A stretch of 55,709 nt of DNA, counting the filler, from Dirinaria sp. TL-2023a (lineage: Eukaryota), in NCBI GenBank assembly GCA_051941275.1. It is 4 parts of 4 records of this genome, joined end to end, with 100 filler letters (N's around TTAATTAATTAA, not from the genome) between each part and the next. Parts side by side here need not be neighbours in the genome. Positions count along the whole stretch, not along the records: positions 1 to 13,881 come from JAVEBF010000644.1; positions 13,982 to 27,833 come from JAVEBF010000645.1; 2 more parts are not named here. One strand, written 5' to 3'. The notes below the pieces were generated by a model. The model did not search any database and was not told the DNA's origin. It worked only from the letters and a program-made list of their open reading frames with translations. Position numbers and translations under genes: made by a program. Below, piece by piece: positions 11,668 to 24,777 of the stretch. How positions within the stretch are numbered: the first letter of the stretch is position 1; every line of letters begins with the position of its first letter.

Positions 11668-13513
11668 ATGGAGAAAATGCCATCTGACAGGAGCAGCATG
11701 TGGTCGGAATCGTCTGAGAGATCTCGATGGCCACCCTTAACTCGACTACTGATGTCTGGAGAACTGAGTGGAGAACCTCCAAGGGATTTGAGCTGGAAAG
11801 AAAAGTTTGATCGCTGGATGGTTAATGAAGGCTACCGAAGGCTATTCGTGCTTGTTTTCATGGTCGTTCAGACGATGATCTTCACCTTTGGTTTCCTGAA
11901 CTACCATATGAAGGATAATCTGACCAATGCGCGTTCCACGTTCGGGATAACCTACCCAATAGCACGAGCTGCTGCTTTGGTCCTTCATTTCAATGTTGCC
12001 ATTCTGATCTTCCCAGTATGCCGTACACTCATTTCCTTGGCTCGGCAGACGCCACTGAACGGTATCATTCAATTCGACAAGAACATCACATTTCATAAAC
12101 TGGTGGCCTGGGCGATCGTTTTCTGGAGTTGGGTCCACACCATCGCTCATTGGAACAACTATGCGCAATTAGCTGCGAAAAACAACCTAGGGTTCAAAGG
12201 CTGGCTACTGGGAAACTTCGTAACAGGACCCGGGTGGTCTGGCTATGTCATGCTCACTGCGTTGATGCTGATAGCCTTGACTTCGATCCAGAAGTTCAAA
12301 GGGAAAAACTTCGAGCGTTTCTGGTACACTCATCATCTGTTCATTGTGTTTTTCGTTTTCTGGTCCGTCCATGGAGCGTTCTGCATGATCAAGACGGATG
12401 GCCCCCCATTCTGCGCTGGAACAGGCGTCTTTTGGGAGTATTGGATGTACAGCGGCTTCATATATCTGCTCGAAAGAATCGCGCGAGAGGTCCGCGGAAG
12501 GCACAAGACGTTCGTCTCTAAGGTGATTCAGCATCCCAGTAATGTGGTAGAGATCCAGATGAAGAAAGAGCATACAAAGACAAGAGCGGGCCAGGTTTGT
12601 CCTGTTTTATCATCACCTACGGCGCGTTACGCTAATTGCTATCGCTCAGTACATCTTCCTATGCTGCCCAGAGATCTCCGTTTGGCAGTATCATCCATTC
12701 ACCCTGACAAGCGCGCCGGAAGAAGATTACATTTCGGTCCATGTTCGGTGTGTCGGGAACTTTACTAAAGCACTCGGTAAGACACTGGGATGCACGTTCG
12801 ACCGAGGTGGAGATCAGAAAGGATCCGAGGATTCTGCGGTCGTAGGTATCGATGATCGGGCGGCTAGTCCAGGCGTCGATCCGGCCATCCGAAAGGTGCT
12901 ACCTCGAGTTTACGTCGATGGACCGTTTGGCAGTGCATCAGAAGACGTTTTCAAGTACGAAATTGCCGTCCTTGTTGGTGCTGGTATTGGAGTCACTCCA
13001 TTCGCATCGATCTTGAAAAGTATCTGGTACCGCATGAACTACCCGCAACAGAAGACTCGTCTGCGGAAGGTCTACTTCTTCTGGGTCTGTCGAGATTTCG
13101 GCTCTTTCGAGTGGTTTCGGTCGTTGCTCATGGCAATCGAGGCTCAGGATATGGACAGCCACATCGAAATCCACACAGTAGGCAACTCCTTGGACATTGA
13201 GATGGGGAGAAGCTGGCTGCTAACATATTGCCTACAGTATTTGACGGCCAAGATCAAGGCTGACGATGCTACGAATATCATGATCAACGATGCCGATGCT
13301 AGCAAGGACACCATCACCGGCCTCCGTGCTCCCACCAACTTTGGCCGGCCCAATTGGGATGCGGTGTTCCGGGGCATTCGCAAAATCCACACACCGGCCG
13401 AGGCAGGCGTGTTCTTCTGTGGGCCCAAGGTGCTCGGCAGCCAGTTGCACGTCAAGTGCAACATGTACAGCGAGCCTGGATTCAAATTCGTTTGGGGCAA
13501 AGAGAATTTTTGA
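11668..13513 (+). CDS. noxB: NADPH oxidase, NoxB/Nox2 isoform
   Basis: Nox2-type N-terminal extension SERSRWPPLTRLLMSGE and DRWMVNEGYRR, heme His pairs, HPFTLTS, VDGPFG, GAGIGVTPF, FFCGP and terminal KENF. Introns 12595-12649 and 13178-13237. Start codon uncertain. Confidence 0.92.
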
Positions 13514-13881
13514 AGGGATTCGCGGTGGAGGACAATTGCCATCAACGCCACTACTTTGCCGCGCCGGTCTCACGAGCTTGCCTTGCCAATTGCTCTATCG
13601 TATAGATTCTGCAATTCCGACATTGTTATTGCATTTGCATTGACTTTTTTACTTTGATCGCCACATCTATAGAGATCCAATCATGCTGTATTCATCGAGC
13701 GTCTATTGGCATTGGCACTGGCATGGCCGTGGTAGCAGGTTGATGGCATGGCATAGCATTCCCAATCATATATTATTATTCCGGCTTTTTATCTATCCCC
13801 AGTATCATCATTGACGACTTTGACCCTGTCATCATCCTATCACCATATCTCCGTATCTCCGCAACTCCCTCTTCCCCCGCC

Positions 13882-13981
13882 NNNNNNNNNNNNNNNNNNN
13901 NNNNNNNNNNNNNNNNNNNNNNNNNTTAATTAATTAANNNNNNNNNNNNNNNNNNNNNNNNNNNNNNNNNNNNNNNNNNNN
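13882..13981. other. Artificial contig spacer N44-TTAATTAATTAA-N44
   Basis: 100-nt linker with stops in all six frames, identical at three positions. Confidence 0.98.
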
Positions 13982-14756
13982 CTTCCAGTCATGAAACGGC
14001 TCTTGTGACTATCGAGTGTGGAGTTGTCTGTTTTAGGGATGACTGACTGATCCTGTTCTTCGATTCCAATACAGGAGCCAGCCCGTCCAGAAGACCTAAG
14101 CTATCGTTAAATATACTGACAGCCTTACAGAAAGAACTATGCTCCCAACACTAAGCTTTGGGCTCCATGGATCGAGTATACGACTACTTCCTGCCTCGGT
14201 TCGCATACATAGGTAGAACTGACCTGTCCTTATAGAGAAGTGCATGTCACAGTGTGGATCAGCAACAAGAACTCGCAAAGCACTGTGGTAGAAAGAGAAA
14301 GGAATCCCCATAAGGTTCTCACGATGGCATTGCATGCTATATCTCTCTAAGCACTGCCTTATTGAGGCAGCCTTCCACACGTCCCAGCCAGCGCCGTGCA
14401 ATGCAACGCTACCATAACCGCCATGACGTATGCTACATGAATCTACCAATTTTCGACAAACGCCCGCCCACAGAAGAGAATCAAGCCCAACATGTCGAAG
14501 AACACTATGCCTGCCTAAGCCCATGGAGTCGTGCACGCCCGCTGTGTCAATCACCCATCGTACTAAAACAACAAAACCGTATGGGACTGATCGCGAGAGA
14601 CGCTGCGAAGTGGACAAAACATATAAATGCGCGAGGATTGCCGCCAAAAGTTAGATCCGTGGGGCCCTTTTTATCGATATGGAAGTCGAACTCGAGAATC
14701 CGACTCGCCTCCCAAGCGTGCAAAGTGCTTTTTTCTTTCTCGCTTTTGTATGAAAT

Positions 14757-17304
14757 TTAGCCCAAAGTACGGCTGCCACCAACAATACCATGACTTTGAA
14801 ATCTTAGATCAGATAATTCCGGCCTCATGACTCGCGGGGGCGGATAGGAGGGCAAAGGCTTGTCGTTCTTTTCCTGTGCATTCCACCCCTCTTCACTCAA
14901 AACATTGAGCCAATTGCTACCCACTTCTGTCTTGAGAGCTTCTACTTTATGGCGGTACGCTTCGCCATTGAGATTGAGGTGCTGGATGTCGTGTGCCAGC
15001 GCATGGCCTTTGTCTGACACTGTTTGGGCCGGTGCGAGCACTGGGGACGAGGGAGAACTGAGTGATTTAGAAACTGTAGACGAAGCAACGGCGGGTTGAT
15101 CATGCGTAGGAGGTCCAACTGTGGGCTTGGTTCTTGGTGAAATCCCGTTCTCATCTACAGAGCCAAGCTCTTGGCGGATGGTAGTAGGTGGAGGAGTTTG
15201 GTGCTGCGGCGAGCTTGATTCCTGAGGAACCCCGCAGCTGTCGTCTCTAGCCAAGTCCACGATTCTCCTTCTCGGACCTCTCCTTTTTCGATTTGATCCT
15301 ACAGTGGCCTCACTCTGGGTGATGTGAGGTGATGGTCGCTGTACTCTCTCGGTGCTCGCGCCTCTGTGGTCGCTCGTGGACACGAAACCGGGACCTTCCA
15401 TCCGAGGCGAGTCCAATACCTCAGGGTCTGGTGGTAAGGGTTTCATTACTGGCACAGCTTCCGACTCGGCTACACGATCCCTAAGCTGTCGCCTTTCGCC
15501 GTAACCTGGTCCCTGAGAATCGAGGTAGACATCTTCAGTGTAGCCCGGTGTACCTCTGAAAAGGTTGAAAATTGTGACACGGTAGCCTCCATGGGTCCTT
15601 GTGAAAGGATTACACGCTACCCATATTTCTCGCATTTCTGGGATACTGGTGAGCCTCGCAAGTTCGGTGGGGTCTTTAAGCTTGTTGTCTCGCAAATCCA
15701 AGCGCTCGAGGGAAGGAAGTCGCTGGATTCCGGCGATGGACGCAAGCCTGTTCGAGCGTAGGTTAAGGGCAGTGATTGCGGGTAAAGGGCTCCTAGCTAG
15801 CGAATGCAAAGACTCAATCATGCAATTAGAGAGGTTCAATGCTCTTAAAGCTGTCAATGATGCCAGACAATCCGGGATCTCTGCAAACAAGTTCGACGAG
15901 AGGTCGAGAGAGTGCAAGGTATTGGCGAGCGGAGCGAGGCTCGACGCAGTCATGGACGTAAGCGAATTATCTGCGAGACTCAAATGTCTGAGAAACCTCC
16001 ATTTGGAAGCTGGCAAGAAGCCCATGCTCAGCAGATTTGAAGAGCTTCCACTTCGGTACGGTGCAGTCGCATGATCACTGGAGTTGGAACTGCCGGAGCC
16101 AGATCGCTTGATCTTAGTGCCACTTCCCCTAACATGTCGTTGGGTATCTTGCCGAGAACTTGTGGGTCGGCTTGGAGATGTGCTCTTTGGTCGTGGCTCT
16201 TGACGCATTTCAGCATTGTCGGCATCGTCATGTTGCAAAATGACCTTGCGAGGGCTCGTGCTGTGGCTGAGCTTGTCATCAACGGTTGGCGAATTAGGGG
16301 TCGAGCTTGTCCTGGCAAGCTCGTTGTATCGGAGGAGGGGGCTAGAAGGCCATGCCATGATTGGCGAATTCTGAGTTCTAGAAGACCGCCGGCGACGCCT
16401 GTCCATGTCATCCAGTACTACACCCACCAACAAGTCTGTTGGATCTTCAATCTTCCCTCTTTTAATAGTGAGCGAGCGTAGCTGATCCGCCAGCCTGTCC
16501 CAGCCAAAGAATTGCCGGAAATCGACATCGCTTACCTCAAGGGCACTAAGATTTTTGAAAGCGTGCAACGGTACTGCAGTATCGAAAGGGAACTCCTCGT
16601 ATCCCCCGATGAGGCCGGCCTTATGATCTGGTGCCAGCCGCAGACAGGGAATCTTAGTAAATGCGGAATACAAGTACCTAGTATCTGCGAGCTGTTGTGC
16701 CTTTGCCTTCTCACTTTTTGCAGCGCTACCGGAGGACCCAAGGCCGATATTGGACCATAGAAAAGACATGCCCGACACTACACTTCGGACGCTGGAGACA
16801 GAGTGTATAGAGTCACGATCACTTCTACCCTTGTATCGCTGTGATTGACTTAGGAAAGAGACATAATTGGCGGGCGAAACCTCTGCATGGAGACTCTCCA
16901 GGCGCACATTCATAGGGCCGATAGATATGCCTATCTCTTCAAAGCGCGTGAGAAGGTAGAAGAGGTGGTGAGGTGTCAATGTAAGTTTTGCGGGTTTCAC
17001 ATTGTGAGATGAGAAATGTAATGTTCCGAGGGACAGCGCTGCCGCAAAAGAACTTGTCGTCGACGACTTCGACGTTTCGCCAGCATAGCCATTTATGTGT
17101 GTAGATGACGCTTCGCCATCTCGATTGCTCGAAGGCCCACCTTTCGGACCTTGCCTCCGCAGTTGCAACGCGTTCGCAAGGGCCTTCTCATGGGTGTGGA
17201 CAAAGTGTGCTAGATTCTGTCTAGATGTAAGTCCTCCTACAGAAGGCACGTGACGATGGCAGAGTACTTACCTTGACAAAGATTTGTCCATCCTCCGAGT
17301 CCAT
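14757..17304 (-). CDS. Conserved fungal leucine-rich-repeat protein
   Basis: Exon 1 MDSEDGQIFVK, GTAAGT donor, exon 2 from 17216 (NLAHFV). LRRs LRHLSLADNSL, LHSLDLSSNLF, LRALNLSNCMI, ITALNLRSNRL, LERLDLRDNKL and LRR cap NPF. Confidence 0.88.
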
Positions 17305-18150
17305 GTTGAGCTATACATTAGGACCAAATGCATATGATATTCAGTCACACAAGCTCAAGAGTGTAGCTACCCAGGCTTATCCACTTCTACGCCATTGGGT
17401 AGCCTTGAGCGAATTTAATAACAGGCTACACGGACTGATATAGAAAGTCCACACTGCCTACGAAGGATCCGTCAAGGATGCCCCTTTATCTGGTTTGAGA
17501 GGCCCGTTCTGCTTTCAGTCTATAGGGTGTTGACGATCTCTGAATATATCGACTTTTGCGTCCAAGGACAGTTCGCTAAAGCTCGACGTCGAGGATTGTA
17601 GTATTTTTGAATACGTGCAATAGCAGGAAGAGAGCGTGGTGAGCCTAGGCAGCCGTTTAGTGGCGAGACGCGATCGGATATCAGCGAGGAAGGAACCGGA
17701 AGACGGAGAATGGGCCGACGTTGTTCAGCATGAGCACGGTGGTTTGCAGGTCAGGTATGTAGCGGTGCGGTGGGTTGAGTGGTTTGGAATGATCGGAGAG
17801 AGCTGGACTTGGATGCACGGCGATGATCGACAAGATAACGGAAAGGTACTCGGACGGGTAGTCTGATACTCTGATTATAAGGTTGTGCGAGCACTAGAGG
17901 AGTAACGAATACAGAGCTAGTTGAAACAGCACAGTGGCTTTAGGACTTGCCGGAGATGAGATATGCTGCACGATGACCGGTGCCAAAAAGCTTCAGAGCA
18001 GACTAAGAGAGCGACCAGCTTACCCGCAGGAAGGATAGGTGGATTGAGGTAGTGCTGGGGGAGGGGGTGTGGTGGGAGGAGAAGTTGCGGTAAAGGGTCG
18101 AGGGTGCGTACATAGAAGTCCGAACTTGGAGGGGACTGCTTGTTTGGTTG

Positions 18151-18185
18151 AGGTAAGGTGAGGTCAGGTCAGGTAAGGTCAGGTA
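18151..18185 (+). repeat. Pentamer tandem repeat (AGGTN)7
   Basis: aggta aggtg aggtc aggtc aggta aggtc aggta, in the long region upstream of the LRR gene. Confidence 0.75.
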
Positions 18186-20375
18186 AGAGGTAGAGCTGTT
18201 GAAGAGCGGGTAGGTTTCTATTTGGTGGGCAGGCGAGCGGGCTGCGGGCAGGCGAGCAGGCAGCTTTCATTGGAGGGGTCGCCTGGTGAGGGGCTAAAGT
18301 ACACATTAATGTCACAATGTGGTTGGAGGGGTCCGGCCTAATGCACAGTGGGGGTTCGATTCCCCCCAATCCCACACTCCCACTGGTCCCTCTCAACAGC
18401 CTGCCAAGAGCTGCACTTATATTGCGTATAATTGCGTGCGACAGCAACTAAGGTACCGCTATTACTACCATACTAATACCATACTACTACCTTACTCTTT
18501 CCGCGCCATAACCCAGTCCGCGTGTCACATATCCAGGCCTACTTATGTACCCAGCACGATGGTCCATTTTTGCATGAGTTGGCCCAGCGGTGTGGAAGTG
18601 TTCTTGACTTTGGTAAGCGATATGACCACCACATGACTGCGCGCCACCCAGCGGTCGTCAGCAATCAGTCACGAGGCTATTCAAGTCAAGCTTTCTAGTT
18701 CCTGCTCTCCGAGGCCGCTCTGACTGGAAGGCCCCCCGAGACGAGGATCGGACGGGGATTTCCAGGTAATCGACAAGACCAGTGGATTGAGATCGCCGAA
18801 TGCTTGCATCATCCAGCATCAAGCGCCCAGTCCTCCCCATTCCTCGCCTTTCGCTGTCGGAATGAAAGTCCCACAGCATGAGCGAAACGCTATCTTGGTG
18901 CGGCTGCAGCGTCCTCTTCGGCCACGATTAAATGCACATGCTGCCCTTGTCTTGCCGCCTGCAGGAAGCGCACACCGCGTGAACGGCCAACAAAAACGTG
19001 GGGTTGGCTTTCTCTCTAGCCGATGTCGAACGCTGCATAAGGGCTGGATAAGTCGAATCGGCGCTCCCGGATCCCTGACACTCATACTAATGACCAGCTA
19101 CTCCATGACCGCATCTCACCCACTGGAAGCATGCGTGGCGATTTCAGCATATCAGTTGACACTTTTGCCCCTAGAACCGAAAAGAGACCCTGGAGCGCAG
19201 AATTTTCCGACATCCTCCCCTTCCTACAGTACTAGTTTCGATGTCTCGAAAGCTCCTGCATGGGCTTCCAGAGGCCGTTCGAAAGAGCCATCTGTGGAAG
19301 AGTTGCTGATCCCGATTTGTCACAGAACTTGGCGTCATGCATCCTGCCGAGCCTGCATATCATCGGAGGAGCTAGACTATGCCTCTTCAAGGTATAGTTG
19401 ATATCAAGCCTCTTCTTACGATCAATACTCTGAAAATAGCTCGCCAACCCAGAAGCTCTGCATGATCGGTAGATAATTTACTTTCCATCTGGTACACTAA
19501 TTGCTAAGGTACCATAAAGATGACTGTCTCAAATGCTTCAAATGAGCATCGACTAGTTCTACACTAGCGACGAAGCGTTCATATGTCTCTCATTATTATT
19601 ACCACTTGTCGGTCTGTCTTGGCTTCTGTCCTCACGACGATCTATGGAGCATCAAGCGTGCCACAGTGATCTAGGTCAGCTCCTATCGATTCCATTGGCA
19701 CATATCGGTTCTATCTCTTGTTTCCCTGCATCAAACACAGATGTCCTTTTAAAGAGTGGGTTTTAAGTCGGAAATTTTGACGCTGCGTCTGGAATAAGCC
19801 TAGCCGATGCATAGTTCAATTGTTTCAAGACATCCGGAATGTCCAGACCCAGCTATATGACGGCCTATTATGCGCCACGTTATGGAAGATATCGACGTCT
19901 TAATTATTCCACATCATGCTTTCCTTAGAAAAGCCAGGCACCAAGTTGAGGACTTCGCGTAAAGAAGTGGAGAAGGAACCGCCATATGCCTCGCAAGGTA
20001 TGCCATACGGACGCCTGACGCTTCTAGGCCCATACATACTACTTCGCGGCCCTCATCCTACCCGATCCCAAGCTTGTTAAGCGGACTGCTACCGGATGAA
20101 TATACCCATGTGGCGCTTTTAAAAACAATCTATCAACCTTTATCAAGATCTCCTCTATAATTAGCCATCCTGGTGTTTCCCGGGCACTCGTTTCGATGAG
20201 GACTTTTTGGAGTTGACCTTGTCCTGATGACTGGATGGAAACCCAATAGTATTTGCCGTCGTACTCCTATGGGTCTACTGTACCTCCTGTAATCAGCGTA
20301 AGTTGCAACAAAACATATCTTGGCACACAAGTAGTCCCGGCTTAATTCCGGTAGTGCCGGGTAATAGCCGGGCGA

Positions 20376-20412
20376 ACGCGAAACTTCTTGTCATACGCGT
20401 GTGGCTACGCGT
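20376..20412. promoter_or_regulatory. MCB/SCB cluster upstream of PRI2
   Basis: ACGCGAAA (20376), ACGCGT (20395) and ACGCGT (20407), 75-110 bp before the ATG of a replication gene. Confidence 0.75.
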
Positions 20413-20486
20413 CGTCTCTACCCTAGTATACATTAACCTACATCTACTGGAACTAAACGTCATGATCAATTTGATCTGTAGCAACG

Positions 20487-22184
20487 ATGATACGGCAGGA
20501 TATCAATCGTATTGACCCAAAGCGCAGGAATGTTATCGACCACAAAAAAAGACAATTTGCGACACCTCTCTACAAACAGCAAGAATATCCCCACCGCCTG
20601 AACCTCTACGAGACACCTCCAACCGCAGACATCACTCTTGAGCAATTCGAGCAATGGGCAATTGATCGCTTGAGAAGTACTTGCATTCCTCGCGCGCGCG
20701 CTCTGTCTATCAATACCCTCGCAGAATGACTAAAATTCAACAGTCCTTGCTGAGCTCGAAGCCTGCACCTTCCGCAACAAAACCCCCACCGAAACCGCCG
20801 AACACATCAAGCCCCTGCTCGCCAAATGGCTGCCCCTATCCCCAAACTCCTCCGCACCGTCATCAATCAGTTGGAGAGACAAGAAGCTCCAAGAGGAACG
20901 GCAAAAGGATCATTACTCGCACTTCATCCTGCGCCTCGCCTTCTCCTCCACGGAGGATCTACGGCGACGATTTGCGCGCATAGAAACCGCGTTGTTCAAG
21001 CTACGTTTCCAGAACGATGATACGCGAGAACGGCAAGCGTTTGTGGAGTCACTGAGCCTTGACTGGGAGGCTGTAGGAGATGAGGAAAAGCGCGCATTGA
21101 GTAGCCAGCTGCTCAGTGCAACACCGGGGTTGAAGAAGTCAGAGCTGGAAGAAGGAGGGTGGTTCAAAGTCGATTTCGAGACCGTTCCCGAACTAGTCGA
21201 AAGCAGACGCGTGTTTCTAAAGGCGGGCAAAGCGTACGTGCCGGCAAGGGAGCAGATGAGTATGGTTCTTGCGGGCTTTACTGAGCGGTTGGATAAAGGC
21301 TTGGAGGTAAGCACCCTCTCGGACGCCTTGTCTCAGTGCCTGTGTCCTCAGACAGCTCACATGATAATGGAAAAAAATCGCAGCTCACTGCGCGCGCGTT
21401 GCCCCGCCTCGACGAAGACGACCGCCTGAGCCCGATCCTATCGCATCTTTCCAAAAACTTCGCCACACCGGACGCCCACATCTCCGACAGCGACACCTCT
21501 CTCGGGGCGCCCATCACCGCCGGCAGCATCGACGCCCTCTCGCCACACTTCCCCGCCTGCATGCGCAACCTGCACATGACGCTGCGCAAGAACAACCACC
21601 TTAAGCATTTCGGCCGGCTGCAGTACACCCTGTTCCTCAAAGGCATCGGCCTGACGCTGGACGACTGCATCCTGTTCTGGCGCCAGAGCTTCAAGAACCA
21701 CACCGACGACCAATTCAACAAGGAATACCGGTACAACGTCCGGCACGCGTACGGGGATGTGGGCGGGGACGCCACGCGCAGGGGCAGAGGCTACGCGCCC
21801 TTCTCGTGCCAGAAGATCCTCACCGAGCACCCGCCCGGCACCGGCGAGTCGCACGGCTGCCCCTACCGCCATTTCAGCCTCGACAACCTCACCGCCCTGC
21901 TGCAGGCCACGGGCGTCCACGACCGCGACGTGCTCCGCGGCGTCAAGGACGATGTCGAGAAGAAGCGCTACCACATCGCCTGCAACCGCGTCTTCGACTG
22001 GGCGCACAAAGCGGATCTCAAGCGGGTCAAGGACGATGGCAGTTGGCCCGCGAGCGAGTTCGATACGATTGTCCATCCGAATACGTATTTCAAGCGCAGT
22101 TATTTGCTGAAGCATGGCGGGCGGGCTGCTGGTGGTGTTGATAGTAGGGATGGCAAAGAAAAGGGGGAGCCGATGGAAATGTAA
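20487..22184 (+). CDS. PRI2: DNA primase large subunit
   Basis: LEQFEQWAIDRL, KDHYSHFILRLAF, FPACMR, HLKHFGRLQYTLFLKGIG, Fe-S cysteines (SCQKI, HGCPY, HIAC) and HPNTYF. Introns 20677-20743 and 21307-21383. Confidence 0.96.
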
Positions 22185-22458
22185 CAAACGGACGTAGAAC
22201 CAGGGTGCTTGCTTTGTGTCATTAGGATAGTACTCTTGCCAACGGACGAGAAGTGCTTTGGGAACGAATCGAAGGGTATCAGTCTTCTCATATCTTCCAA
22301 AAAAAAAAAAAAACGTCGATTCGTAGCTCCCTTTCTTGCAAATTCTACAATTGCAATACACACCCCAAAAAAACCCCCCCTTGAACAGCAGCGCTATGCA
22401 AGCTCCCCCAGGCTAATATGCATTCACACAAAAAAAAAAAAAAAACAAAAAAAAAGTT

Positions 22459-24777
22459 TCATTCCGCCTTCTGATGCCCCTCGCCATCTTCCACCGCACT
22501 CGCCCACCCTCCATCACTGCCCTCGGTATCAGCCTCATCGGCGTCCCCAACACCAACGGGATCGTCGAAGAAAACGCCACTCTGCCGCTTCAACTCCAGC
22601 AGCAGAGTCGAGCGTCGATGGGGCTGGCCGCCGCCGACCATGACATGATGATCCTGTGTCCTGCTTCTCCTGCTTCCCTTTGCCCTATCCGCCGCTGCGA
22701 ACTGCGGCTCTACATTGTTACCCTCGGGCTCCGTCGTCGTCTGATCATCATCATCATCGTTAGACTGAGACTGAGACTGAGACTCCGCCTCTGCATCCAA
22801 GCGCATGGCATGGCCGTGCAAATGCAGGCTCTCCTCATCACCGTTCGCCTCCTCGGACGAAGAAGAGGCAGTTTTCCGATTCCGATTCCGATTCCGATGA
22901 TGATGATGATGATGACGACGCCCAAGCAAAAGCCCTTCCTCGATCAAGCGCTCGATCTTCATCCGGTTCTGGATGAAGAGCAGCTTCGGGAAAGCGCTCT
23001 TCATGCCGGCGCGGATCATGCGCGCCAGCCGCGCGGAAGTCGGGTCCGACAGGATGTACCAGAAATCGCTGGGCTTGCTTTTCGGCCAGATGGTGATCGT
23101 TCCCGAGAACTGCTGCAGCCAGATGGCGCTCCAGTCTTGGCCGAACGGCCGCGGCAGCAGTTCGAGGTGCTTGAGCACCTTCAGCCATTTGTTCAGGTCG
23201 AGTTTGAGGTACGTTTCCACCGCGGACCCGAGGTAGCCGCCTCGCCAGCCTCGACCTTTGCGGTGCGTGACGGGCCGCCCGATCGTGCCGCGGGAGGAAA
23301 AGAAGAAGAGATTGATGTGTGGATTTACCTGCGAGACGATGCTGAATTGGGTGTTGAACTGCGTTCTGAGGGCTTTGAGAGGGATGTCGGTACGCAGCGA
23401 GCCGTCTTTCCATTTGTGCCCGAAGGAGTAGGGATGTAGGGAGCCGTCTTCGTGGGATTTGTTCATGAGGACAACCGGGTTGAGAATGCCCGGCACGGCG
23501 GCAGATGCGAGGACAGCGGACCATATCACGCAGTCGGGAGAGGTGAGATAGTTGCATAGAATTGTAGGCGAATGCGGGTCCGAAGGCACACAGGTGACAT
23601 TCAAAATCCGCCCTGTACGTTCGTATGATTCACGGAAAGTGGTGCTGCCGCGGCAGTACCAGCTGCAATGGCGAGCCCATTCTATGGAATCGAAGCGTGC
23701 ACCGGTTCGCCACCAGCGTGGAAACCAGGTGCTAAACCCCTCGCTGCAGGCAGTAATGTGGCTTGTGAGAGCGGGCACGAGTAGAGAAGAGAGTTCCGCG
23801 TCTGTACGGGTGCAGAGCAGGGCGGCTACCAGAGCGCCGCCGGAGGTGCCTGTTATAACTTCTGGAAGCAGTTGAGCGTCGAGGAGGGCACGTGCGACTC
23901 CGAAATGATAGTAGGCGAAAGTAGCGCCGCCAGAAAGACAAAGAGCTGTGCGGCCAAAGTTTGTGTGGAGATGGCGAGACAATGAGTATTTTTCGGCTTG
24001 TGATAGACTCGGAGTCTGTAGGAGATAGGCGAGAGATGCTTGCAGCTCATCGACAAAGTTCTGTGCGAGGTGTTTGGTTCCGTAATAGGTTTCGCTGTAG
24101 AGACGAGGATTCTCCACCCCTACAAAGTTGTTCTTAACACACGCTTCAACGAGGGAGCGTAGATTAGACAATTCGCCTGAGGCATCTTCATGTCCCTTTT
24201 CTGCAAGGCTTGCCCTTGTCCGAGACGCTTTGAGCTGTTCTTTGACCTTGCGTACGGTAGTATGATCATAGTACGCATAATCATCCTCTTCTTTCCATTT
24301 CTCGTTCCCAAGATACGCATCGAGCTCCTGAGCTGCCTCCTTCCACTCTTTGAACGTATTTTGCGCGCGAACTGTACGTCTTATTCGTGCCCGTTTCCCT
24401 CGCCAAGTCACCAATCGCTCGTAAGCGTAAATGTAGAGTCGCGTGACCAGGTAGGAAAAGCCGAGGGCAATGATCCAACCTAGCACAAGAAGAAGCAGAG
24501 GCCACTTGACGACTGTATAGACGAAGCCTTCTCTTGTCTCATCCTTGCTACGCTTGGGCTTCTTCCTGCGGCTCCTGACACCTTTTCGACGGACACGCTG
24601 GTGTATAGGACGCCAGTCGTTGAGAGCTATCAAAGGTGACGATGCGGGAGCGTTGAGGGCTTTCGCAAAAGCATCGAGATCTGCTTGTTCAATGAAGTCT
24701 TTGTCAAAGTCGGGTAGTTTGGTGAAGTCAAATGCTGCAGGAGGAAACCCCTCCTTCGATGCGCACGAGTCCGGCAT
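22459..24777 (-). CDS. Patatin-like phospholipase / TGL3-5-type triacylglycerol lipase
   Basis: GRTALCLSGGA, nucleophile GTSGG, KWKDGS catalytic Asp and one N-terminal TM helix. Intronless. Confidence 0.92.
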   Translation of the reverse strand: MPDSCASKEGFPPAAFDFTKLPDFDKDFIEQADLDAFAKALNAPASSPLIALNDWRPIHQRVRRKGVRSRRKKPKRSKDETREGFVYTVVKWPLLLLVLGWIIALGFSYLVTRLYIYAYERLVTWRGKRARIRRTVRAQNTFKEWKEAAQELDAYLGNEKWKEEDDYAYYDHTTVRKVKEQLKASRTRASLAEKGHEDASGELSNLRSLVEACVKNNFVGVENPRLYSETYYGTKHLAQNFVDELQASLAYLLQTPSLSQAEKYSLSRHLHTNFGRTALCLSGGATFAYYHFGVARALLDAQLLPEVITGTSGGALVAALLCTRTDAELSSLLVPALTSHITACSEGFSTWFPRWWRTGARFDSIEWARHCSWYCRGSTTFRESYERTGRILNVTCVPSDPHSPTILCNYLTSPDCVIWSAVLASAAVPGILNPVVLMNKSHEDGSLHPYSFGHKWKDGSLRTDIPLKALRTQFNTQFSIVSQVNPHINLFFFSSRGTIGRPVTHRKGRGWRGGYLGSAVETYLKLDLNKWLKVLKHLELLPRPFGQDWSAIWLQQFSGTITIWPKSKPSDFWYILSDPTSARLARMIRAGMKSAFPKLLFIQNRMKIERLIEEGLLLGRRHHHHHHRNRNRNRKTASSSSEEANGDEESLHLHGHAMRLDAEAESQSQSQSNDDDDDQTTTEPEGNNVEPQFAAADRAKGSRRSRTQDHHVMVGGGQPHRRSTLLLELKRQSGVFFDDPVGVGDADEADTEGSDGGWASAVEDGEGHQKAE
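22744..22915 (-). repeat. Coding microsatellites in the patatin C-terminal tail (poly-His, (RN)n, (SQ)n, poly-Asp)
   Basis: (ATC)n, (GACTGA)n, (TTCCGA)n and (TGA)n tracts on the + strand. Confidence 0.85.

Noticed and set aside
13926..13937. TTAATTAATTAA as a transposon target or biological palindrome
   Set aside because: It is centred in exactly 44+44 Ns at three places, so it is a synthetic six-frame stop linker.
14096..14760. Overlapping ORFs near the start of contig 2, one with several Cys
   Set aside because: Could not assemble a consistent gene model with a start codon or signal peptide.
17305..20375. ORFs in the 3-kb gap between the LRR gene and PRI2 (for example 18787-19401)
   Set aside because: No recognisable domain or coherent exon chain. 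Probably UTR or promoter DNA, though a ncRNA cannot be excluded.
21438..23439. Long antisense ORFs (307 aa and 321 aa) over PRI2 and the patatin gene
   Set aside because: Expected shadows of GC3-rich coding sequence, with no recognisable motifs.
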